Position numbers and translations under genes: made by a program. Source: Cetorhinus maximus (Eukaryota). Taken from it: DNA of 64,000 nt. The stretch covers positions 23,498,001-23,562,000 of the forward strand of contig NC_135895.1 in NCBI RefSeq assembly GCF_964194155.1, given 5' to 3'. Each line of letters opens with the position of its first letter. Within the stretch, counting starts at the first letter, position 1. The notes below the pieces were generated by a model. It was given only the letters and a program-made list of their open reading frames with translations. It was not told the origin of the DNA and did not search any database. Positions 50,275-63,109 of the stretch are shown one piece after another.

Positions 50275-52726
50275 GTAAGCTTAATACTTTTGGAAAATTA
50301 TCTGCCAAATTGTAGATTTGCTTACACTTAAGTATTTTCAAAACATTTCCGGAAGCATCTTTTTTTGTATTAAAAGTCTTGATTGTGTGAACATAAATTC
50401 AGATACTGAAATTGTTGTTTGGTCACATTTTGTGTTGGCGGGGTAGAGAAACATAAACGTGAGAAATCAGATCTCTGATCTAGAGTCCAATTTCTTCAAC
50501 TAATCCAATCACAGACGTCATGGCTTCCAAATATTCTGTTAAGCAATTAGTTTCCAGAAGGAGGGATCAAACATATCCCAGAGCTCACTATCATGTCAAA
50601 TCTGATTTGATTCAGACTTTATTTCTATATACAAATTCTATGGAGTAGGGTGACTGTGATAGTTTGGCATGTACTACACCACTGTTTATCTTTGAAAATA
50701 AACTTTAAATTTGTCATGTACGCATTACATAATCACTTAACAAAAATGTCACAAACTTGTGTGTAAACTTCCTTTCCTATGTATCAGTTTGTATAACATG
50801 TTTCCCAGCCACCTACAAAGTTAACAGGCTTGGCCTTCCCTATCTTGGTGGACAGTGATACAATTGAATTCGTCCTTATACTACAGGATTTAGCCCAAAT
50901 TCCAGAATGCATGCACGTGTTGACATTCATTGATGTCTGCATTGTGCTACTGTGCTTTCCATGATTGTCTGCTCCAGCTAGTCACTTGGTCCCAAGAAAA
51001 TAGTAACCAAGAGAAAAAGATGGAGTGCAACAAAAACATTTTAAGGTAATAAAAAGAAAACGCAAGTAGACACAACAAGGGATTAACAAGAATCATAGTA
51101 ATGGAGACAGGTAAAGTTTAAAAACTAGAAAACAAATAAATAGACATGGACCATAAAATAGAGTAACAGTGAAAAAAAGTAATTTATGTACTGTAAGATA
51201 ATAGAAAAACCAAGGTAAAAGAATAGAGTAGCATAGACACGGAGCAGTTTTTTTCCAGTTGGCTGTCAAACGTAGTGAACTGGCCTTGTGCCCTGGATGA
51301 CTTTAAGTTGGCCACTTGAGCCACAACAGTGTTCACGTGGCTGATTAGCTTGATTTGTTCACAGATCATCAGCATTGGCCTGTCAAATCTAGCAAATTTC
51401 TATAACCCCCATGGGTAAAGTTGAGATTATTTTTGTTGTTGTTGTTTCTAGGCTCCATAATATCTGTTTAACCTTGCTGAGCCCAATCCTGCCACCTGCA
51501 CAGGATCTTGAGTAGGGCAGAGAACCCTGATTGTGTTGGTTTTGCTGTTTCTGCAACACAGGGGCTCTGAGGCCAGTTCTGGCACTGCATGTTTGAAATC
51601 AGCTAATGCAGCACAAATCAGCTGAATCTTCCATTTGTAACACTCAATAACCTATTATATAATCCATTTGCCATTGGGCCTTCAGGGTGTTTAGTTGTAG
51701 AAATTTATTGTCACAATGTACATTATTTACTGGACATGTAGATTTTAGCAGCCAGAACCGATATACTGGTCCTGCATACATGGTCTTGGAATAGAAAACA
51801 ACCTCTGATTAAATCCTTGCTCTGTACTCTTAAAACAGAGGTGTGTTTTGCATATTTTCTTTGTTCCTGTTTTCATGACATAGAAACCTTTTGTGACACT
51901 TGAATAGAAGCAGGAATTCTGAAGTGGAAAGCAATCATTTATTGCCAGCTTAGTGCCCCAATTGTCATCAATGGAAATACCGAGCAGGTTTGTTTATGAA
52001 ATGTGCTTAGCATGTCGCTCTGACTGTGTGGAGCATGGATTTTATTTTTCCTCTGTTTGCTTTACTATTTGTATCATATTCAATTTGCATTCTTAACTGT
52101 AGTTGAGACCATGGAGGATATCACAATGAAAGCATAACCTCGCAGATGTTATTTTGCAGCCAAGATAAACATAACTTTGCGGTTTTCATGTTTTTCAAAC
52201 AAGCAAAATAACTATTTAAATATTCTTGGAATATTTTACTTATTTAATGGGCATGATTGCTATAATAAAAGTTTGCCATTGTCAGATGTAGTTAAGAAAC
52301 ATTATTGACCATCCTTTTTTAATAGTTTTCTCCTCTCAACACAGCCTCCCTCTCCTCCCACCCCCTGAAGGCTTATGATTTCATGAGTCAAAGTAGTCAT
52401 CATTTATTTGAGCCTTAACAATAATCGTCAGTATGTTGATATTTTTAGAGTTCAAACGACAGAATATACAAACTTTGAACGGATTAAATAAACCCATTAC
52501 TATTTTTAAAATTTTACTGCTGGAAACCTTTCTTAGCTAAAAATAGCAATCATTCCCATAAGTTAAATGCATTTAGAGTGTGTGTTTTATATGGAAGCTC
52601 TTGAGATTTGTTTTCTCTATTTTAGTAATTTAAGCGTCAAAATTAAACCGTAGCAGTGGTGTAATTGTGCATGAGTACTATATAACAATGTGAATGTGAT
52701 ATTATTAATTTTCTCTTTTTGCTTAG

Positions 52727-52891
52727 CCGTTGCCTGAGAAATTTGTAATGCGAGGTATGGTGGAACGCTTTAATGAAGATTTCATAGCAACACGGCGGAA
52801 GGCACTACATAAATTTTTAAACAGAATTGCTGACCATCCTACTCTGTCTTTTAATGAGGACTTCAAAATATTTCTAACTGTACAGGCATGG
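52727..52891 (+). CDS. SNX7: Sorting nexin 7, coding exon 4 (end of PX domain); 3' boundary uncertain
   Basis: TTAG acceptor. [55 protein letters not shown]. Homology ends at W, but the next bases are CTAAAA rather than GT. Confidence 0.9.
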
Positions 52892-53954
52892 CTAAAATCT
52901 ATTCATATATATCAATTATGCTGGCAAAAATAAGAAATGTGTAACAATGTGCTTTAACACATACCTACATGTGGGGATTGACTTTACGAGGTAAAAATAT
53001 TATGAATTAGTTATTGTCCAATGAAGCACATCTATACCATGTGTTTTCAATATCTCAAACAATATTCAAATTAATACTTACCAAGTGCAGTTGTTTCTCA
53101 ATAACTAATCTGTATTTGACATTTGTTTGGGTTTCCTGATATAGCTGTGTTTGTGTGGTGACCTTTTCTACCCTTCAACTGTTGTGTCATTATGTTACAA
53201 ACATATTCCTAGTTGTTTGAATGTATAAAAAAAATTGCATAGAGGATAAGAGTTATTGGTGCACCCAGCCTGTCCTACACAAGTGTGATGTTTTATGCAT
53301 CACAGTACTTCCCTTTCCAGTAATCATACAATATCTCAAGAGGCAGAAAAACAATGAAAATTCTTCTCTGACTTGGGTGATAAAAGCTAGTCAGAAGACC
53401 ATCCAACCCTGCTTAATATGGCACAGTATCTATCTTTTGTACAAGGTGATCTTCATACAGGCTAGATATTGGTTCAGTTTTGCAGGAACTCAACAAATCA
53501 GCAGTCACCACATGAGCTGGCACATGCACTCTTTTCCAGGGGGGAAAATAACCACCACTTAACTCCAACCCATTTTTGCTCATACATAATTTGGGATTAA
53601 GCCCCCTTGCCCTCCCTAATTTATTTACTTGAAACAAGCACAATCTAGTCCTTTCATCATCCTATAACCCTCAATCAAATCACCAAGAGGTCAGTGCTTC
53701 TCTAAAATGTAGAGAGCTACTTCTTGGTAACTAAGATGTTTTAAACTGGGAATTAATCTTGCGGCCCTCCATTGTCCTTTCTAAAGCTCAAGATCGTCCA
53801 TGTGAGGAAGCAAAAACTAGACATCATAACCTAACTGAGGCCTAACCAAACTCTTGTACAAGGAAAAAACCGTATACCTTATAGTGCATTGTCCTGTAAA
53901 TACACCCTATAGCTTCACAGCATTGGTTTTGGACCTTTCAGTGATCTGCACACT

Positions 53955-56900
53955 TATTTATTCATTCACTGGATGTGGGCTTCGCTGGCTGAGCCAGCAT
54001 TTATTGCCCATCCCTAGTTGCCCTTGAGAAGGTGGTGGTGAGCTCCTTCTTGAACCGCTGCAGTCCATGTGGTGTAGGTACACCCACAGTGCTGTTAGGA
54101 AGGGAGTTCCAGGATTTTGACCCAGCGACAGTGAAGGAATGGAGGTATATTTCTAAGTCAGGATGGTGAGTGACTTGGAGGGGAACTTCCAGGTGATGGC
54201 GTTCCCGTCTATCTGCTGCCCTTGTCCTTCTAGATGGTAGTGGTCATGGGTTTGGAAGATGCTGTCTAAGGAGCCTTGGTGAATTCCTGCAGTGAATCTT
54301 GTAGATGGTACACACTTCTGCTACTGTGTGCCGGTGGTGGAGGGAGTGAATGTTTGTGGCTGTGGTGCCAATCAAGCGGACTGCTTTGTCCTGGGCAATG
54401 TCCAGCTTCTTCAGTGTTGTAGGAGCTGCACTCATCCAGGCAAGTGGGGAGTATTCCATTACATTCCTGACTTGTGCCTTGTAGATGGTGGACAGGCTTT
54501 GAGGAGTCAGGAGGCGAGTTACTTGTCGCAAGATTCCTAGCCTCTGATCTGCTCTTTTAGCCACAGTATTTATATGACTCGTCCAGTTCAGTTTCTGGTC
54601 AGTGGTAACCCCCCAGGATGTTGATAGTGGGGGATTCAGTGATGATAATGCCATTGAACATCAAGTGGCGATGGTTGGATTCTCTCTTGTTGGAGATGGT
54701 CATTGCCTGACACTTGTGTGGCGCGAATGTTACTTGCCACTTGTCAGCCCAAGTCTGGATATTGTCCAGGCCTTGTTGCATTTGGCCGTGGACTGCTTCA
54801 GTATCTGAGGAGTCGCGAATAGTGCTGAACATTGTGCAATCATCAGCGAACATCCCCACTTCTGACCTTGTGATGGAAGGAAGGTTATTGATGAAGCAGC
54901 TGAAGATGGTTGGGCCTAGGACACTACCCTGAAGAAGTCCTGGAGCTGAGATGACTGACCTCCAACAACCACAACCATCTTCCTTCGTACTAGGTATGAC
55001 TCCAACCAGCAGAGTTTTCCCCCTGATTCCCATCGACTCCAGTTTTTGCTAGGGCTCCTTGATGCCACACTCGGTCAAAAGCTGCCTTGATGTCAAGGGC
55101 AGTCAATCTCACCTAACCTCGGGTGTTCAGCTCTTTTGTCCATGTTTGAACCAAGGCTGTAATGAGGTCAGGAACTGAATGGCCCTGGCGGAACCCAAAC
55201 TGGGCACCATTGAGCAGGTTATTGCTAAGCAAGTGCCGCTTGATAGCACTGTTGATGACTCCTTCCATTACTTTACTGATGATGGAGGGTAGACTGATGG
55301 AGCAGTAATTGGCCAGGTTGGATTTGTCCTGTTTTTTGTGTACAGGACATACCTGGGCAATTTTCCACATAGCCGGGTAGATGCCAATGTTGTAGCTATA
55401 CTGGAACAGCTTGGCTAGGGGCGCGGAGCTAAGTCCAAGTTCTGGAGCACAAGTCTTCAGTACTATTGCCCGAATATTGTCATGGCCCATAGCCTTTGCA
55501 GTATCCAGTGCCTTCAGCAGTTTCTTGATGTCACATGGAGTGAATCAAATTGGCTGAAGACTGGCATCTGTGATGCTGGGGACCCCCCGAGGAAGCTGAG
55601 ATGGATCGTCCATTCGGCACTTCTGGCTGAAGGTTGTTGTGAATGCTTCAGCCTTATCATTTGCGCTGCTGTGCTGGGCTCCTCCATCATTTGAGGATGG
55701 GGATATTTGCGGAGCCACCTCTTCCAGTGAGTTGTTTAATTGTCCTCCACATTTCACGACTGGATGTGGCAGGACTGCAGAGCTTAGATCTGTTCCGTTG
55801 GTTGTAGGATTGCTTAGCTCTGCCTATCACTTGCTGCTTATGCTATTTTATAGCTTCACCAGGTTGACACCTCATTTTTAGGTATGCCTGGTGCTGCTCC
55901 TGGCGTGCCCTCTTGCACTCTTCATTGAAACAGGGCTGATCCCCCTGGCTTGAAGATAATGGTAGAGTAGGGGATATGTCGGGCCATGAGGTTACAGATT
56001 GTGCTAGAGTACAATTCTGCTGCTGTTGATGCCCCACAGCGCCTCATGGATGCCCAGTCTTGGGTTGCTAGATCTGTTTGAAATCTATCCCATTCCACAT
56101 GATGGTAGTGCCTCAATGTGAAGGCAGGACTTTGTCTCCTGTGCGGTGTATGCTACTGATACTGTCATGGACCGATGCATTTGTGGCGGGCAGATTGGTG
56201 AGGCTGAGGTCAAGTATGTTTTTCCCTCTTGTTGGTTCCCTCGCCACCTGGTCTAGCAGCTATGTCGTTTAGGACTCAGCCAGCTTGGCCAGTAGTGGTG
56301 CTGCCGAACCACACTCAGTGATGGACATTGAAGTCAACCCACCCAGTACATTCTGCGCCCTTGCCACCCTCAGTGTCTTCTCCAAGTGATGTTCAATATG
56401 AAGGAGCACTAATTCATCAGCTGACGAAGGGTGGTACGTGGTAATCAGCAGGAGGTTTCCTTGCCCATGTTTCCTTGCTCTCCCAATTTTGGCACTAGCA
56501 CCCAGATGTTAGTAAGGAGGACTTTACAGGATTGATTGTCATTGTTGTTTCCGGTGCCTAGGTCGATGCCAGGTGGTTCATCCGGCTTCATTCCTTTTTT
56601 GTGTCTTTGCCACACAACACGATGGAGGGTATTCTCAATGTGAAGGCAGGACTTCGTCTCTACAAGGACTGTGCGGTGGTCACTCCTACCAATACTGTCA
56701 GCGGCAGGCAGATTGGCGAGGATGAGGTCAAGTATGTTTTTCCTCCACCTGCTGCAGACCCAGTCTAGCAGCTTTGTCATTTAGGGCTCGGCCAGCTCGG
56801 TCAGTAGTGGTGCAACAGAGCCACTCTTGGTGATGGACATTGAAGTCACCCACCCAGAGTACATTCTGCATCCTTGCTACCCTCAGTGTTTCCTCCAAGT

Positions 56901-57641
56901 GATGGTCAACATGGAGGAGCACTGATTCATCAGCTGAGGGAGGGCAGTACGTGGTAATCAGGAGGTTTCCTTGTCCATATTTGACCTGATGCCATGAGAC
57001 TCCCAAGGCAACTCCCAACTGTATACCACTGTGCCACCACCTCTGCTGGGTCTGTCTTGCTGGTGGGACAGGACATACCCATGTCCTGTCCCACCAACAA
57101 GACAGACCCAGCAGAGGTGGTGCTGGTGATGGTAGAGTCTGGGACATTATCTGTAAGATATGATTCCATGAGGATGACTGTGTCAGCCTGTTGGTTGATT
57201 AGTTTGTGAGACCAATTTTGGCACTAGCCCCCAGATGTTAGTAAGGAGGACTTTGCTGTGATTGCAGTTGTTGGTGCCTAGGTTGATGTCAGGTGGCTTG
57301 TCCCGTTTCATTCCTTTTTTGTGTCTTTGTAGTGGTTTGTTACAACTGAGTGGCTTGCTAGGCCATTTCAGAGGGCCTTCAAGAGTCAACCACATTGCTG
57401 TGGCTCTGGAGTCACATGTAGGCTTGGCCAGACCAGGTAAGGATAGCAGATTTCCTTCCCTAAAGGACATTAGTGAACCAGATGGGTTTTTACAACAATC
57501 GACATTAGACTTTTAATTCCAGATTTTTATTGAATTCAAATTCCACCATCTGCCGTGGTAGTATTTGAACCCGGGTCCCCAGAACATTACCCTGTCGCTG
57601 GATTACTAGTCCAGCGACAATACCACTATGCCATCACCTCC
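53955..57641 (-). mobile_element. Near full-length but rearranged APE-RT LINE with a tRNA-derived 5' head
   Basis: APE motifs LTNIWGL, ESYL, WVGDFNVHH, LDLIL and SDH. RT motifs QFGFRQG, QGSVLGP and FADD. The 3' end is (TGAA)n/A-rich. A box at 57633-57623 and B box at 57571-57563. Confidence 0.9.
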
Positions 57642-57914
57642 TCCACTGGTGCAACGCAATCTCTTTCTCTATTGGCTTTAGTTGTTTCTCCTGAGGGGGA
57701 GTGAGCAAGTTCAGTATTTGTTCTGCCCACGTGCATAACTGTGCATTTGTCTAAGCTAAACATTGTCAGTCACTGGCCCAATCCCAAGTGCATCTAGATT
57801 TGCTGTATGGTTTGAGCATTATCTAAAACCCTGACTCTCTCTCATCCTCTGAGTAGCCATCTGTTGCATTCCTAGTTTTACCTATTACTGACATTAGGCT
57901 TGGAGTTACCCAGA

Positions 57915-59820
57915 TCTTATTTTTGTTCTTTCATAATGTGCACGTTGCTTGCAAAGCCAATATTGCTTGCCCATCCCTAATTGTTCTTGAAAAGATGATG
58001 GTGAGTTGCTTTTTTGAACCACTGCAGTCCATGTGGTGTAACTTCGAGATTTTTGACCCAGAAATAGTGAAGGAATGCTGATATACTTCCAAGTCAGAAT
58101 GGTGTGTGGTTTTGAGGGGAACTTGCAGATTTCCATGCATCTGCTGCCCTTGATGACCTAAGTGGTAGTTTGCAGACTTGGAAGGTGCTGTCAAAGGAGC
58201 TTTTGAGTTGTTACAGTACACTTTGCACTTTGTAGATGGTGCACACTGCTGCCATTGTGCACCAGTGTTGAAAAGAGAGAATGCGGATGAGGTGCCAGTA
58301 AAGCAGGCTGCTTTATCGTGAGTGGTGTCGAGCTTCTTGTGAGCTGTTGGTGCTGAACTCATCCAGTCAAGTGGAGAGTATTCCATCACACCCATGACTT
58401 ATTCCTTGTAGATGATGGACAGGCTTTGAGGAGGTCAGCTGCTCACCACAAAATTCCCAGTTTCTGACCTCTTAACTTCACTAGCCAGGTAAATAATGTG
58501 GCTTTAAGTTTCTGATCAACAGTAACCCCCAAGATGTTGGTGGGGGTTCAGCAAAAGTAATGCCCTTGAATGTCATGGGAAGATAATTCAATTCTCTCTT
58601 GTTGATGATGGTCATTGCCTGGCACGAATGTTACTTGCTATTTATCAGGCCGAGGCTGAATGTTGTTCAGGTCTTGCTGTATGTGGGTACGGACTGCTTC
58701 GTAACTGAGGAGTCACGAATGATGCTCAACATTGTAATCATCAGTGAGTGCCCCCACATTTGACCTTATGATGGAGAGAAGGCCATTGCAGAAGCAGCCT
58801 TTGACACTACCCTGAGAAACTCCTACAGTGATGTCCTGAGGCTGAGATGATTGGCCTCCAACAACCACAGCTTTCTTTGTGTTGGTATAGCTGCAACCAG
58901 TGAAGAGTCTCCTCCCCTCCACCCTCCCCTGGATTTCCTACTGACTTCAATTTTATTAGGGCTCCTTGATGCCACACTTGGTCAAATGCTTCATTGATGT
59001 CAAGAGCAGTCACTATCATCCCAACTCTTTAATTCAGCTCTTTTGTCTGCTTTTGAACCAAGGGTGTAATGAGTTCTAGAGCTGAATGGTCCTGGCGGAA
59101 CCTAAATTGAGCATTGATGATCAGATTATTGCTGAGTAAATGTCGCTTGATACCACTGCCAATGATGCCTTTTATCTCTTTGCTGATGATCGAGAATAAC
59201 CTGATGGAGTGCTAATTAACTGGATTGGATTTGTCCTGCTTTTTGTGGACAGGACATATCTGAGCAATTTTCCACATTGTTGGGTAGATGCTAGTGCGTT
59301 AGCTGTACTAGAGCAGCTAGGCTAGGGGCGTGGCTAGTTCTAGAGCACAAGCCTTAAGTACTACGACTGGGATGTGGTAAGGGCCTATAGCCTTTACAGT
59401 TTCCAGTGCCTTCAGCCATTTCTTGATATCTTGTGGAGTGAATTGGGTGAAAACTAGCATTTCTAATTCTGCGGACCTCAGGAGGAGGCTGAGATGGATC
59501 GTCTACTCAGCACTTCTCACTGAAGATGGTTGTGAATGTTCCATCCTTGTCTTTTGCACTAATGTACTGGGCCCCCCTTCAATGAGGATGGGGATATTTG
59601 TGGAGCCTCCACCTCAGGTTAGTTGTTTAATAGTTTGCCACTATTTACAGCTAGATGTGGTAAGACTACAGATCTTTGCTCGGATCTGGTGGTTGCGGGA
59701 TTGCTTAGTTCTGTCTATCGCATGCTACTTCTCTTTAGTATGTAGCCCTATGTTGTAGCTTCACCATCTTGGCACCTCATTTTCAAGGATTTCTGGTGCT
59801 GCTCCTGACTTGCTTTCCTG
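57915..59820 (-). mobile_element. Diverged 5'-truncated copy of the same LINE family
   Basis: ALDINEAFDQVWHQG and MEYSPLDWMSSAPT motifs. Collinear with 53960-55910. Confidence 0.85.
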
Positions 59821-61326
59821 CCTTTTTCTGTTACATGTTGGCTCAAGAGGTTTTTTAAATTGGTGCGAGGTCATGTAAATGGAATAATGGATTTGAAACA
59901 TAGTAGTAACAAAATTAAGAGCATTATATGATCTCACCTTTGAATTAAAGTTGATTAGCAAGCCACTTAAAGAAATGAAAAATGCAGATTTTTGTTTAAT
60001 TCGAGCACTAGTGGTCTACAATTATTAAATGTAAAGGTCATGCAATTTTCTGCCATTTGTTTTGCCAATATAAGAATTTCTCTGTTCTATGTTGAATGCT
60101 TAACGAAAGGAATAGGAAAATTTACTAGAATATGCCCAATAAATTTTGAATTTGTATTAGATTACAATAGATAACATGCTGTCATTTTCATAAGTATCTG
60201 ATCTGGTGAATAACTATGTGGATCTGGTGATAAAGCACTTTTCTCAACCACCAAAAAGAAACAAAATTGCCTATTTGCAACCCCGATTTGGACCCTGAGA
60301 TGAGCAGTGAGCACTTTAGAACAAGCAATTTTAAAATGGGCAATGTAGATAACCCTAACACTTCTGGGAAAGGATACGGAAAGGATGAAACAGCCAGAGA
60401 CCTAAACATATAAGTTCGGATCACGTGGATGAAAGTCCTACAAAATCTAAACCTGTAGTAAACATTAAGCTTATTCATTCTATCAAGCAAACATTGATGT
60501 AGAAGGCAATAGAGGAACATGGTGACATGTGTAGGGGTTCCCCTTTTCCCTCCACACAAGTTCGTGACACCAGATTCCCAAGTGTATGGCTTGAACAGAA
60601 TGACCAGCGAGACAAGTTTCTTGTGATAATTCACTATGGAATCACCCATAACCCCACAGTACAAAACCCAAAATTTAAAACCACCTATTTCTGTACCCGA
60701 CGCAAAGTCACCACAACTCGGTTAAAACTTACAAAAACGCAGGCAAAGCACCATGTCCTGTCCTGAAACCGGAAGAAAAATCCCTCAAACCAATATCATC
60801 AAGATATGGCTGAAACAAGTTACAAGGTACTGGCAAATAAAACGCCAAGTTTTCACCCCAAACCTTCACAAAACCCTCAGACCAATATCACTACAATTTG
60901 GCTGAAACTTACAACCCCCAACACGGCTGGTCTGTCCGTTGTTGACTGTAGGCCTGAGTCAAGATGACCAAACTCGACCCTTCTGATTGCAGCCCAAAAC
61001 CTTCAAGCCAGTATCACCATGATATGGCTGAAAACACTTAAAATCCTTTACATAGCTGGTCTTTCTGGTGAGAACTGTAGGTCAGCGAGCCAGGTTGACC
61101 CTTCCTGACCCCCCCATCCTTGACTGCAGTCCAGATGCTCAGATCTGCTCTGCTTTTATAATAATTTAGCTCAGACATGTCTAAACATATTTTCTGTTCT
61201 CCAATGTCCATTAGTTGATTCCACGCAAAGTCCAGACAAATGTCATCAGCTCCTGCTGGTCGAAACAATACAGGGTTTTCCATGGGAGATGTATCCAGAT
61301 GAATATTATCAGTTCTCTTTGTATGA

Positions 61327-62091
61327 TATTATGACCCAGCCGATGGTAAAGGCTGAGTTGTTCAAATCCCAGATGGAAACTTGAAACAATTGTCATAATC
61401 CATTTTTGCAATTTGTAATTTCGAAGTGCAGATTTTGAATTCAGTAGGAATAAGACCACTGAGTTTTGTGGTTTTATATAAAACTGAATTAAACATTTAT
61501 TAATGTAACAATAAATTGAACACACACACATGGCTACAAGTTATTACTATAACAACTTTATAACAAATCCCCAAATTAATCACCCCAGGTAAACCTCCAC
61601 TAAGGCAACAGTAACCCATAGACTTTAAATAGGCACCAGGCAGACCTTACAAATTCCAAATGAGGTTCCTTTGCAAGCTGGTTGGAGGCATACAGGTTGG
61701 TTAGGTCTTAAATGCCTCAACCTTATACATATAAACTCTTTTCTTTATATACCTAGCTTTCCCTTTGAATGTAAATTTTCCATTGGTATCACTAGGTCTT
61801 TTGAACTTCAATTCTTCTAACAATAAAACCCCTTTCATAGCATCAATTTTATTAATAAACTGAAAAAATAAACACATTGTTTGGCTTCTTCTAGCTAGGT
61901 GCAAGATTTTACCCGCAGCCTTGAATGGTTTATTTAACAAATGCAAATGAACACTTTACCTTACTGTTCACCCAATTAACATCTCAAAGCACCCAAACTA
62001 GCTGGCTTTAATCCAATTAAGAGAGACATAGACACACACCTAGACACCTAGTTTCTAGTAACATTATACACATTAATATCTCTTCATGACA
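61327..62091 (-). mobile_element. Probable solo LTR
   Basis: Minus strand reads TGTCATGA...AATAAA...GGTCATAATA. The adjacent 60528-61060 also looks LTR-like, with internal repeats (AATATCA..AAGATATGGCTGAAA). Confidence 0.4.
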
Positions 62092-63109
62092 ATGAGAAAT
62101 TCTCCTGTTTGAAGTGGCACAGCAACAGCACCTGGCACCAAAGTTAATGAGGGTTTGAATGACCCTGTTCCTGTACTATTGTCTGTGGTGGTTGAATAAT
62201 TTCTTGAGTGTATTGTATTGATGATATGTCCTTTGTGCCATTGTATTGGGTAATTAGATTTCTTGATCGTGTTAGTTCAATATCCAAACCCTTTTGATGA
62301 GTCACTGTGTTTTCACTAAATGTCCGAATTAACCTCTTGCTGCCCACCAGTTCCACACAATGGAAATCCATTAGTGGAAATCCATTAGAGGGGACTTCGA
62401 TCCTACATCTATGTGGATGGAAGTCCTGCAAAATCCAAACCTGTAGTAAACATTAAGTTTATTCATTCTATCAAGCAAACATTGATGTAGAAAGCAATAG
62501 AAGAACATGATGAACCATGACAAGGGCAACCAGTGTGTTTCTAACATGAATGTTTGTTGTATTTGGGTATGGGCATGTCCAGTGCACCCCACCTTACATT
62601 TTTCCTTGAGGTTGTTTCCTAGCCACATGCCTCCTTGATCTATTTGCGTGCCACTAACTATGCTGCTCTTGGCTGGATATAGTAGGCTATAGCTTGACCA
62701 TGAGCACTTCTCTACAGTTTCCCAGAAGTCAAAAACTTAGAATGGGAACCTGCGATTCCATACTGTAGTTGTGACATTACATATTGGTTGTCCACACACA
62801 GTTACCACACTTAGGACTAATGGTGGTAAGTTCTGAATAGAAATGATTAAAACCTCACCCAAGTTCCTTAGTAAAAACATTTCTGGATTCATGCCAAAAT
62901 GCAGCAACCTCCAGGAAAAGGGGAGAAAAAGGTGAAATTGAGTATCTTTTGAAACGTATGCTGATAAGTGTGATGAGACAATTGCTCCCACACTCTGGTT
63001 TGTTACAGTTAAAAAGAATATTAATGAAAGCTATGCAGCAGCTCACATAGCTCTTAAAATCAGTGATTCTGAGACACTACAGCTTTCTCATTTCTGTTTT
63101 GTGAATAGT

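Noticed and set aside
62090-63010. Possible ERV env remnant on the minus strand
   Set aside because: No clear CXXC, furin or immunosuppressive-domain motif could be read.
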